Source: an uncultured Methanosarcinales archaeon (lineage in GTDB: Archaea; Nanobdellota; Nanobdellia; Woesearchaeales; JACPBV01). Taken from it: a stretch of 64,000 nt of DNA. Shown piece by piece: positions 49,509 through 59,679 of this stretch. The DNA is taken from NCBI GenBank assembly GCA_964492935.1, contig CAZBLF010000002.1, positions 1-64,000 on the forward strand. Reading direction: 5' to 3'. Each line of letters opens with the position of its first letter. The stretch's first letter is position 1. The translations under genes were made by a program, and so were the position numbers. The notes beneath the pieces were generated by a model that saw only the letters and a list, made by a program, of their open reading frames with translations, had not been told where the DNA came from and ran no database searches.

Positions 49509-51164
49509 CTATGCAGCAAGTGACATGATTTTCTCAGAAACGGCATACTGCTTACCCTCTGCAAATCGTTCAATTTGCTCCAAACAAAATTGAATCTCTA
49601 AAAGACGATCAACCTCTTCAGCGTGGAAGTAGGGAGTTTTGGAGTCAATTTTGCTCTCAAAGAATTCAACGAGAGTTGACCCATGCTGCTGCGAAAATTG
49701 AGTATCATTTTTCATGAGTTGAGCCACTTTATCTAATAGCTTCTGAGAACTTTTTACGATGATCAGATAGAGTCGCATGGCGTAGAGATTGGTTCCCTCC
49801 AATTCAATGTTCAATACTGATTTGTATCCATGAAAAAAGTTCGTGATGGTCTTCTCAACGAACGCATTATCAAGTTTCTCCTTAAATTGCCAGTTGCGAA
49901 TAGATGCAACGACCCTCCCCACATCGGCCAATGGATCTCCCGGTTTAGAGTCATCATAATCGACAATAATCACTGTTTCGGGGTGAGCGACAAAAAAGAA
50001 ATTATCCAGGTGTGCATCTCCATGGATAATCGAGAGATAGTGTGTCTTGTATCTGTCTCGAATACGCATGAATTCCTGGTACACCTGCTCAGATAACAAC
50101 CCCTCTCGCTCTAAGAGTTTAATATGATTTTTTAATCGCTCAAAATCCTTAGTATACCCTTTACTAAAGAGAAGGCGAGGACTATATGACGAGACTTTAT
50201 TCAGCGTCCTCTTATGTATCTGCGCAAGTGATTGACCGAGTGTGTAAAATGCAATATTGGTCTGTCGGGAGCGAGAAGTCAAAAGCTTTCTAATTGGCAA
50301 TCCTTTCACCTTCTCACAAACAATCTCATTATCACTGACCCGCACGAGTTTGGGAATGAGGCCACCGGCAGCCGCAATAAATTTACGAGCCCGACGAGAC
50401 TCATCAAATGCCCCTTCCTCCGTGAATGCCTTTGCTACGTATTCGCAATCGGAGCTCGTTTTTACAAGCAGCACAGGATTCTTAAATCCTCCGCCAAGTT
50501 TAATTCTCTTTTCGATAGAGAAGTCTACACGGTCACCATCAAATTCCTTCAACTCTCGTTCGAGTTCCTTTGCACAGACCTCATAGGTATTTTCCTGAAT
50601 AACCTCAAGATCGTAGGTTTTAAGAAGATCTGTTATCTGAAAAAGTAAGTCATTAAGATCCTCAGATTGGATTGAATACAAAATAGCACCTTCCCGCTTA
50701 ATCAAATATACTAGCTTATCCTTGGCGTTGTTCTGATTGATCATACCGCTATATTTTCGAAACCACTTCACCTGAAGGTAAATTGTCTTCTCAAGAATTC
50801 GAAGCTGTCGGAAAAGGGTGCGAAGATCCTTGATGATCTTTTCTTCCCGAACCTTCTTTTTTGAGTTTATCTCTTTGTCGCAAATTTCCATGAGCGCACG
50901 AATATTTTTTCCTATACCCACAATTTCCTTTTGAATCAGTTGATCTTCGGTAAGATTTACTCCCATGATCTCCCCGAACTCATCCCGCATTCGGATAAGC
51001 TCTTCTTCATCCCACTTCTCAGAAAAAGCCTGCACCAGTTGAAGTTTCCTTTTATACTCCTGAAGATAGGTCTTGATCGCAGATATATGTTTTTTCGCAG
51101 AGGTGTTTAAGAATGCTATCGATTCACGAGAAAGAACATTTCCAAACAAGCTATGAATGACCAC
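49509..51164 (-). CDS. Aminoglycoside-phosphotransferase/choline-kinase-fold protein with N-terminal helical extension
   Basis: LGGGFKN, VAK, IIHGDAHLDN, IVDYD, GDPLADVG. Confidence 0.75.
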   Translation of the reverse strand: MVIHSLFGNVLSRESIAFLNTSAKKHISAIKTYLQEYKRKLQLVQAFSEKWDEEELIRMRDEFGEIMGVNLTEDQLIQKEIVGIGKNIRALMEICDKEINSKKKVREEKIIKDLRTLFRQLRILEKTIYLQVKWFRKYSGMINQNNAKDKLVYLIKREGAILYSIQSEDLNDLLFQITDLLKTYDLEVIQENTYEVCAKELERELKEFDGDRVDFSIEKRIKLGGGFKNPVLLVKTSSDCEYVAKAFTEEGAFDESRRARKFIAAAGGLIPKLVRVSDNEIVCEKVKGLPIRKLLTSRSRQTNIAFYTLGQSLAQIHKRTLNKVSSYSPRLLFSKGYTKDFERLKNHIKLLEREGLLSEQVYQEFMRIRDRYKTHYLSIIHGDAHLDNFFFVAHPETVIIVDYDDSKPGDPLADVGRVVASIRNWQFKEKLDNAFVEKTITNFFHGYKSVLNIELEGTNLYAMRLYLIIVKSSQKLLDKVAQLMKNDTQFSQQHGSTLVEFFESKIDSKTPYFHAEEVDRLLEIQFCLEQIERFAEGKQYAVSEKIMSLAA

Positions 51165-51263
51165 GAATAGATTTTAGCAGAGGGAGTTAAAAGCTTTTCG
51201 GTGAATTGAATTAGTTAAAGGAAAACCCATATATTTATTAATGCTCCGCTACTACACAAGCTA

Positions 51264-52130
51264 ATGAAATTCATGCAAAAGCTCAAACAAAAAATGCATG
51301 ACAACAAGTTCCAGAGAGAAGCAAAAAACAGAAGAAACAAAGGTGATACCATGTCAGCATCTATCGATTTAAAAGGAAAAAAAGCAGTTGTCTTTGGAGT
51401 AGCAACCGACAAATCTATCGGATGGTCCATCGCAAAAGCGTTAAACGACGCAGGCTGCCAAATAGCATTAGGCTATCAAGAACGAGCAGAAGAATACGTA
51501 AAAGAACTAGCAAAAGAATTGAAAGACCCCTTCCTAGCACCCTGTGATATGGTTGCAGACGAATTCATAGAAAACTTCTTTGAAAAAGTAGAAAAAGAAT
51601 TCGGAAAGTTCGATTTCTTAATCCATTCAGTAGCCTTCGCAAAGAAAGACTACTTGCAAGGAAAATTCTACGAAGTGCCTCGTAGAGCCTACAACACTGC
51701 TCAAGAAGTCTCAGCCTATTCACTTACCGCCATCACCAGAGAATCCGTAAAGAGAAAACTGCTCAACAAAGACGGAGCAATCCTGAGCATGACCTATCTA
51801 GGAAGCGTAATGGCCGTACAAAATTACAACGTCATGGGTGTAGCAAAAGCAGCCCTTGAATCCATTACCCGCTATCTAGCAATGGATCTAGGCGAGAACG
51901 GAATCAGAGTGAATGCAATCTCCGCCGGCCCCATCGCAACGATGGCCGCATCTGGCATCACCGGATTCGAAGACATTCTAAAACACGCAGAAAAGAAAGC
52001 ACTCCTTAAAAGAAACATTAGCGCAGAAGACGTCGGCAATACCGCCCTCTTCCTCTGCAGCGACATGAGCAAGAACATCACCGGCCAAGTAATCTATGTA
52101 GATGCTGGATATAGCGTTAATGGATTATAA
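51264..52130 (+). CDS. fabI: Enoyl-ACP reductase FabI (alternative start 51351 with AGGTGA SD)
   Basis: SIGWSIAK, HSVAFA, SAYS, TYLGS, YNVMGVAKAALES, RVNAISAGP. Confidence 0.92.
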   Translation: MKFMQKLKQKMHDNKFQREAKNRRNKGDTMSASIDLKGKKAVVFGVATDKSIGWSIAKALNDAGCQIALGYQERAEEYVKELAKELKDPFLAPCDMVADEFIENFFEKVEKEFGKFDFLIHSVAFAKKDYLQGKFYEVPRRAYNTAQEVSAYSLTAITRESVKRKLLNKDGAILSMTYLGSVMAVQNYNVMGVAKAALESITRYLAMDLGENGIRVNAISAGPIATMAASGITGFEDILKHAEKKALLKRNISAEDVGNTALFLCSDMSKNITGQVIYVDAGYSVNGL

Positions 52131-52132
52131 TC

Positions 52133-52321
52133 ATGGAACCAGGACTTCAAGACAAGTTAATCACAATGCAGCCAGATGTAAAACTGACTTCACTGGCAGA
52201 CGCACTTAGCGAAGTAGCCGAACTGACAAAGTCAGGCAGTATTGATGAAGTCCTTGATGCCATGACTAAAATAGCGCCCATTCAGCCCCATCTCACGAGC
52301 GCATTGAATAAAAAGCCATGA
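52133..52321 (+). CDS. Hypothetical protein
   Basis: Short ORF abutting fabI. Confidence 0.4.
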   Translation: MEPGLQDKLITMQPDVKLTSLADALSEVAELTKSGSIDEVLDAMTKIAPIQPHLTSALNKKP

Positions 52322-52372
52322 TTAGCAGTATTAGGACAAGCCGGAAAGATTTTTAGAGCATATGGGACTCTC

Positions 52373-52732
52373 GTGAAAGCAGATAAAAAATACGCTGAAT
52401 CAACCAAAGGCTATAATGCACACATAGCACACCGCCAGAATTATCCTGAAATACCTCAAGCAGTGATGGATCAATTCATGCAGGCGATGTCAGCGAAGAG
52501 AAAGTATCATGACTTCATCGTAGCCATGATCGATGGACAAGAGATTATTTCTGGATCCTCTGGACCGGATTTCTGGGCGGCTAAGAAGAAGGTAGAGGGT
52601 TCAGTAGGGATTGTATCTCCTACCTCATTTATGGCATACCTCATAAGAGGGAAAGGAGACCCTCCAATCTACAATCGTCTTGATTCAGACGGCCAACCAG
52701 TAACTCCACCACCACACCCAACCAAAACCTAA
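52373..52732 (+). CDS. Hypothetical protein
   Basis: 119-aa ORF. Confidence 0.5.
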   Translation: MKADKKYAESTKGYNAHIAHRQNYPEIPQAVMDQFMQAMSAKRKYHDFIVAMIDGQEIISGSSGPDFWAAKKKVEGSVGIVSPTSFMAYLIRGKGDPPIYNRLDSDGQPVTPPPHPTKT

Positions 52733-52871
52733 GACATAACCATTCTCAAACAACAATATTTATAAAGCATTTCAGAGTCTATCTTATTTTTGAGATGACG
52801 TTACGATTTTCACCCAATCCCATTCTAAAGTTCGTTCTAAACATCTCTATTTCTGACGTAAGGAGGCTACA

Positions 52872-53948
52872 ATGTACGCAGTTCTAGCCCTCAAAGACGG
52901 AACTATTTTTGAAGGCAAAGGCTTCGGTGCTATTAAAGAAACCGCCGGCGAAGTAGTCTTCAACACCTCCCTCGTCGGCTATGAAGAGTCACTTACCGAC
53001 CCCTCTTACAAAGGCCAGCTCCTAACACTAACCTATCCGTTAGTAGGAAATTACGGCGTAAGAAAAGAACATTTCGAATCAGACAAAATCCAGGTGCAAG
53101 GATTTATCGTACGCGAGTTCCAGGAACACCACGCCCATAAAGACGCAACCAAAACCATTCACGAATTTCTAAAGGAACACAATATTCCAGGCATCTCAGA
53201 TATCGACACCCGTATGCTTACAATCAAAATCAGAGAGCACGGAGTCATCAATGGTTGCATAAAAACCAGCGACAAACCCATAGACACCGCAGCATTAGTA
53301 AAAAAAGCAAAAGAGCTAGATGACTACGGAGAAAAGAATCTCCTACCAGAAGTTTCTGTTCGCGCCCCCGAGTTCATCGATGCAAAAGGAGAAAAAACAA
53401 TCGCCATGATCGACACCGGAGTTAAACTTTCAATCATCAGAAATTTCACGAAAAGAAAAATTAACGTTTGGAGATTTCCCTACAACACTACAGCAAATGA
53501 AATAAGAGAAAAGAACGTACAAGGACTCTTCATCGCCAACGGCCCAGGCAATCCAGAACAAGCAACAGAAGCAATCGAGGCAGTAAAACAACTAAAGGAA
53601 GAACTCCCCATCACCGGAATCTGCCTAGGAAATCAGATAGTTGCTTTAGCATTAGGCGGAAAAACCTACAAATTAAAGTTCGGCCACCGTGGAACAAATC
53701 AACCGGTAAAGAATATCAAAGAAAACAAAGTCTACATAACGAGCCAGAACCACGGATTCGCCGTAGACAAAGAATCACTACGCAACACAGACTTAGAAGT
53801 CTCTTATATCAATCTCAACGATGGCAGCGTAGAAGGAATGCAACATAAATCTCTACCCATCCAAACCGTCCAGATGCACCCCGAAGCGAATCCCGGACCG
53901 CAGGATACAAACGGATTTTTTGATGACATAGTGAGGAATCTAAAATGA
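52872..53948 (+). CDS. carA: Carbamoyl-phosphate synthase small subunit
   Basis: GEVVFNT, LTDPSY, NGPGNP, GICLG, FGHRG, SQNHG, HPEA. Confidence 0.97.
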   Translation: MYAVLALKDGTIFEGKGFGAIKETAGEVVFNTSLVGYEESLTDPSYKGQLLTLTYPLVGNYGVRKEHFESDKIQVQGFIVREFQEHHAHKDATKTIHEFLKEHNIPGISDIDTRMLTIKIREHGVINGCIKTSDKPIDTAALVKKAKELDDYGEKNLLPEVSVRAPEFIDAKGEKTIAMIDTGVKLSIIRNFTKRKINVWRFPYNTTANEIREKNVQGLFIANGPGNPEQATEAIEAVKQLKEELPITGICLGNQIVALALGGKTYKLKFGHRGTNQPVKNIKENKVYITSQNHGFAVDKESLRNTDLEVSYINLNDGSVEGMQHKSLPIQTVQMHPEANPGPQDTNGFFDDIVRNLK

Positions 53949-55230
53949 CCCAAGCGATGCCCAATAACAACACTCTTCATCAAGCTAACAACAGTTTTAA
54001 GAACTTCAATATTCCAATAATAGGCAATCTTATGAATAATGAACTTAAACCAAATGAATCTGAGATGAAAGAAATACATTTTTGGGAGCTTCCAGACACA
54101 GTCAGATTGAGATTAAATCTTGAATCTTTACATCATCTATTCAAATCCTCTGATCCAGTGAGTACAGCGGAGAGGTTGGGGATATCGAAATCATATCTAA
54201 ACCATTTGAAGAATGGCAGGCACGCAATAAAGCCCTCTCAACTACTAATCCTTACGAGGCTTTTTGAGAAAGACCCCTTAGAAGTAGAGAAGCAAATAAT
54301 TTCGATGAACTCAACTCGAGGAGGGCAAGCAAGATGCACGTTACCAATCGGGCAAATGAAGAAATTGCCTCGCTGATAGGCCATTACTATGGAGATGGAA
54401 GCATCATTACAAAAAAGCCCCAGTTCAAATTTTGCAATTTTGATAAGGTCTCTCTAAACGAAGTGAAATTGTTAGTAGCAAAGCAATTCGAGTCAACACC
54501 CATTAATGTAACTGAGACTACAGTTACTTATTCCACAATTATCGGAGAGATACTCCTTCTATTTGGTGCACAGCGAGGAAGTAAACTTAAGCTAAAAAAT
54601 GATGTCCCTACCTGGATCACAAACGGAAGCGATGGTGTGAAAAGCAGGTTTGTGAGAGCGTTGTTTGACGACGACGGATCAGTTTCTTCTTCCGGGAACA
54701 ATAAGAACATTAATTTCCACCAAATAGTCTTCGATGAGTACAATCAGTACTCTATAAGATTCTTAAAATCCGTGGTCAAGATACTAGAAGGATTTGAGAT
54801 AATTACTCATGGACCTTACTTATCCAGAAAATACCAGATTAGCCAAAAGGAAAGGAATGTAAATTTCTTAATTATCTCGGACTGGAAGAGTCTGGAAAAT
54901 TATAAGAGGAAAGTAGATTTTTTTCACTCAAAGAAAAAGAAAAGAATAATTGATGTATTATCAAGAAAAAAGACACTGGGAAAACACGAAAGAAATCTCT
55001 TATACAAAAAGATTATCCACTTGTTCCATCCTGAAGAAGAACCATTATCAACGGCATTCATTTCCGAAAAATTGGACATCTCCACAAGAGCAGCCCTCAA
55101 AAGGTTGAAGAATCTTCAAAGCAACAAAAAAGTGACCTTCGAAGGAAGAGTCCGAAACCGATCATTTTTATGGAAACTAAATGGAGGTGAAACCAAATAC
55201 CCAAAAGACAAGATATCAAAAAAATCTTAG
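53945..55230 (+). pseudogene. Frameshifted HTH plus LAGLIDADG homing endonuclease (ORFs 53945-54376 and 54334-55230)
   Basis: HTH (AERLGISKSYLNHLKNG); frame change near 54350 joins TLPI to ANEEIASLIGHYYGDG; second motif RFVRALFDDDG; C-terminal wHTH. Confidence 0.75.
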
Positions 55231-58200
55231 TGATTGGTTCAGGCCCAATTCAAATCGGACAAGCCGCTGAATATCCTTAATAGGAATCAGAGTCGACTAC
55301 TCCGGTACGCAAGCCTGCAAAGCACTAAGGGAGGAAGGCTATAAAGTTGTTTTAGTAAATAGCAATCCAGCCACAATCATGACCGATGCCGACATGGCAG
55401 ACGCAGTCTACATAGAACCCCTAACCGTAGAGATCGTAGAAAAAATAATCATAAAGGAAAAGCCAGATGGCATTCTGCCAACGATGGGCGGCCAAACCGG
55501 ATTAAATCTAGCAGTACAGCTACACCAACAAGGAATTCTCAAAAAACACCACGTAGAACCACTCGGAACATCAATAGAATCCATCGAGCAAGGAGAAGAC
55601 AGAGAACTGTTCAAAAAACTCTGCATAGATATTGGAGAACCTATTCCCGAATCAAAAACCGTAGAAAATCTCAAACAAGCAAAAGCATTCGAGAAAGAAT
55701 GCGGACTCCCGATAGTCATCCGTCCAGCCTACACCCTCGGAGGCACTGGAGGAGGAATAGCACATACACCAGAAGAATTCGAAACCATTACCCAACACGG
55801 AATCAATCTCAGCCCCATCAAGCAAGTCTTATTAGAAAAAGCAATCCTTGGCACCGAGGGCTGGGGAGAATTCGAGTTTGAAGTGATGCGCGATAAGAAC
55901 GACAACTGCATCATCATCTGTCCCATGGAAAACCTCGACGCCATGGGCATCCACACCGGCGAGTCCATTGTAACGGCTCCAACGCAAACCCTCAACGATA
56001 AAGAATTCCAAACTCTAAGAACATCCGCAATCAAAGTAATCAGAGCACTAAAAGTAGAGGGCGGCTGCAACATCCAGTTCTCATTCAACTACCATACTGG
56101 AGAATACGTCATCATCGAAGTCAATCCGCGTGTCTCACGATCATCAGCCCTAGCATCTAAAGCAACCGGCTACCCCATAGCAAGAATCGCTACAAAAATT
56201 GCAATAGGAATGACACTAGATGAAATTCCTAACGATGTAACCAAAGAAACCAAAGCATGCTTCGAGCCCACAATCGACTACACCGTAGTCAAAATTCCGA
56301 GATGGCCCTTCGACAAATTCCCTACCGTAGACAAGCGCATCGGCACCCAGATGAAATCCACCGGAGAGACCATGGCGATCGGCAGAACGTTCGAAGAAGC
56401 CCTCCAAAAAGCAATCAGATCGCTAGAAGTAGACAGATTCGGATTAGGCCACGACCCCAAAGACCGCATCTGCGAAAACAAAGAGGAAATCATTCAAAAT
56501 CTCAAAGTTCCAACACATAAAAGACTCATGTATATCCGAGATGCGTTTGCACTCGGCATGAACGAAGAAGAAGTAAAAGCACTCACCGGCATCAACACCT
56601 GGTTCCTCACCAAAATAAAAAACATCTACGAGCACGCCAACACCATCACCAAAGAAAAAGAATCAATAAGAGAAGCAAAAAGAAAAGGATTTTCCGACGT
56701 CCAAATAGCAAAAATCACAAACACAAGTGAAAAAGAAATCAGAACGTTAAGAAAAGAACACAACATCCTCCCTACCTACAAAATGGTAGACACGTGTGCC
56801 GCAGAGTTCGAAGCAAAAACGCCCTATCTCTATGGAACCTACGAGCAAGAAGATGAATCCAAACCCACCAACAAAAAGAAAGTAATCATCATTGGTGGAG
56901 GCCCCATCCGAATCGGCCAAGGAATAGAATTCGATTATTGTTGTGTCCACAGCGTCTTTGCCTTACAAGAAGAAGGCTACGAAGCCATCATTGTAAACAA
57001 TAACCCAGAAACCGTTTCAACCGACTTCGATACCTCTGATAAACTCTACTTCGAACCCTTAATTTTCGAAGACGTCATGAATATCATCGAACGAGAGCAA
57101 CCGCATGGAGTAATCCTACAATTCGGTGGACAAACGCCCATTAACATGGCGATGCGCCTACAAGAAGAGGGAGTCAAAATACTGGGAACACAACCCGGGA
57201 GCATCGACACCGCAGAAAATAGAGATAAGTTCGGCGCAATCCTAGAAACATTAAAGATTCCCAGTGCCCCCTGGGGAACCGCGAGATCAATAAATGAAGC
57301 CTTACTCAAAGCAGGCAACATCGGCTATCCCGTACTCGTAAGACCTTCCTACGTTCTCGGAGGTAGAGCAATGCAAATCGTAACGAGCGATGAAGAATTA
57401 AAGGCATATATGGAGGAAGCCGTAAAGATTTCCCCCGACCATCCCGTTCTCGTAGACAAGTACCTAGCAAACGCACTAGAACTTGATGTAGATGCATTGT
57501 GCGATGGCAAGCAAGTCTATGTCGCAGCCATCATGGAGCACATCGAGGAAGCCGGCGTACACTCCGGAGATTCAGCCTGCGTCATCCCTCCACAAAGCCT
57601 TAAACCAGAAGTCAAACAAAAAGTCATCGACTACACCAAGAAACTAGCTCTAGCTCTCAAGACAATTGGATTAATCAATATCCAATATGCAGTAAAGGAT
57701 GACGTCGTCTATATTCTAGAAGCAAATCCTCGTTCATCAAGAACCATCCCCTATGTCAGCAAATCCATAGGAAAGCCCATGGCAAAAATTGCAACCCAGG
57801 TACTTCTTGGAAAAACCCTAGACGAACTAAATCTAGGAGACTATACCGAACCCACCTTCACCACCGTCAAGCAAGTCGTCTTTCCCTTTCTTAAATTACA
57901 GGGAGTTGATCCCATACTAGGACCAGAAATGAAATCCACCGGAGAGGTCATGGGAATAGATACCTCCTTCGGCAAAGCCCTCTTCAAAGGCTTCGAAGCA
58001 GCCCAGATGAAACTGCCGAAGCAAGGCAACATCATGGTTGCAATCGGAAGAGATGACCACAAAGAACAAGCCGTGGACTGGGCAAAAAGCCTAATCGAGA
58101 TGGGCTTCAAGCTCTTTTGCACACCCGGAACGCGAGACGTCTTCATCAAGCACAACATCCCTTCAACCACCGTACCCAAAATCAGAGAGGACCCCATGAT

Positions 58201-58420
58201 ACTTGACATGATGAAGCGCAACCAAATTCATATGGTGATCAACCTCCATCGCGGCTCCCATCCAAGAACCGACAGCTACACCATAAGACGAAAGTGCATA
58301 GAATTAAACATCCCTCTACTAACACGAATGCCCACCGCAAAAGCCGCAATAAAAGCAATCACTTCGATGAAAGACCAAGAGTATGATGTAAAGTCGCTGC
58401 AAGCCTTTTACGCAGACTGA
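55197..58420 (+). CDS. carB: Carbamoyl-phosphate synthase large subunit, join(55197..55272,55293..58420), about 1067 aa, ATA start
   Basis: Exon 1 (M)[24 protein letters not shown] after GGAGGTGA; exon 2 [16 protein letters not shown] runs into ORF 55379-58420. Confidence 0.93.
55273..55292 (+). other. Candidate 20-nt BHB/BHL-type mRNA intron in carB
   Basis: ATCCTTAATAGGAATCAGAG; CTGA/TCAG central helix, AT^A and AG^T bulges; removal gives GAA TTC GAC (E-F-D). Confidence 0.8.
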
Positions 58421-58611
58421 CACACACCACAATTTCTCAAACAAAAGACTAACACATAAAAACAAACCCTAATTAACTCACCACTTCGTGACGAAAAAAC
58501 CTATACAACTACTTGAAAAGCCGAAAAATATTGACGGAAAGCATTTAAGGGAGTAACACACTCCGTATTTTCCCAGTCATTCTGAAATCCATACTCAAGC
58601 GGTGATTTCAA

Positions 58612-59679
58612 ATGAAAAAAGAAAAAAACGAAAACAAAAGTGTCCTTTACGATGGGCTTTCTCGCCGAGAAATTATTGGCGCTTGGAAGAACACAATGGA
58701 CACCAGAAAGAAGACTGGACTTGGACAGAGAGAGCTAGCGAGGCTTCTACTAACTGAGCACCAACTAGAGATCTCAGAAAGCACTATATCGGGATGGATT
58801 CATAAGCATGTTGTTCCCTTTGCGCAAGAGAAAACACAATTCAAACCAAAACCTATTCCTCCAAAAAAGGTGCTCGAAAAGCTGTATATCCACAATCAGA
58901 AAAGTGCAAGCACGATCGCAAAGAAGTTCCATGTGTCTACAATTATTGTTATCAATTGGCTGAAAAAATACGGGGTCCGAGTAAGATCTCACACAGAATC
59001 CATGAATACAAGTATTATCCAGAGCGTATTAAGGGATCAAAAAGTGACTAGGCCCACCAGAGAGTATGGTAAGCTCTCTCCCGAAAAGGCATATATTCTT
59101 GGAGTACTCTGCGGCGATGGATACATCGATCATAAATTCATGAAGCTCGAGATTAGAAGAGACCTTGATTTTATGAACGAATTCATTAGATGTGTTGAGG
59201 AGGTATACGGTTTACGATACAAGCACTATTACTACAAGCACAGAAATAGCTATATTGTGAACGTGAACGCTCAAATTATTTGCAAAGATTTACTCAACCA
59301 CGACACCTTCCGAACTCGAACATGGAGAGTCCCTAAAGCAATATCTGAATCAAAGAGCAAGGGAGTGGTGAGCCATTTCCTAAGAGCACTCTTTGACAGC
59401 GATGGTTCTTCTAGTGGATCAACCGTAAACATGACGCTTGCGAATGGAAGTGCATTAAGAGAGGTATCGTCGCTTCTTACAAAACTAAACATTTCCAATA
59501 GGGTGAAAACTCGAAGCCCTTACAGCACACTAACGATATCACATAAGGACAACCTAAGAAAATTCATAGAAGAAATCGGATTCACCATTCAAAGAAAAAA
59601 TGATAGAACCAAAAAATACATACAACACGGACGAAGAGCTGTACGGTCTTTTGCACCCCATAGTCAAAAAGTGGTTTAA
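58612..59679 (+). CDS. Free-standing LAGLIDADG homing endonuclease with N-terminal HTH domains
   Basis: KAYILGVLCGDG and HFLRALFDSDG; two HTH-like segments; overlaps the lhr start by 80 nt. Confidence 0.87.
   Translation: MKKEKNENKSVLYDGLSRREIIGAWKNTMDTRKKTGLGQRELARLLLTEHQLEISESTISGWIHKHVVPFAQEKTQFKPKPIPPKKVLEKLYIHNQKSASTIAKKFHVSTIIVINWLKKYGVRVRSHTESMNTSIIQSVLRDQKVTRPTREYGKLSPEKAYILGVLCGDGYIDHKFMKLEIRRDLDFMNEFIRCVEEVYGLRYKHYYYKHRNSYIVNVNAQIICKDLLNHDTFRTRTWRVPKAISESKSKGVVSHFLRALFDSDGSSSGSTVNMTLANGSALREVSSLLTKLNISNRVKTRSPYSTLTISHKDNLRKFIEEIGFTIQRKNDRTKKYIQHGRRAVRSFAPHSQKVV

Noticed and set aside
54330..54376. BHB intron or programmed frameshift at the endonuclease frame break
   Set aside because: I found no BHB fold or slippery heptamer; a 1-nt deletion explains it.
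55379..58420. carB starting at ATG 55379, or carB as a simple pseudogene
   Set aside because: About 54 conserved N-terminal residues are encoded upstream, the rest is intact, and the interruption matches BHB cut geometry. A pseudogene is disfavoured but not excluded without RNA data.
53945..59679. LAGLIDADG domains as inteins
   Set aside because: They are separate ORFs, not in frame within host proteins, and lack splice-junction motifs such as C-terminal HN.
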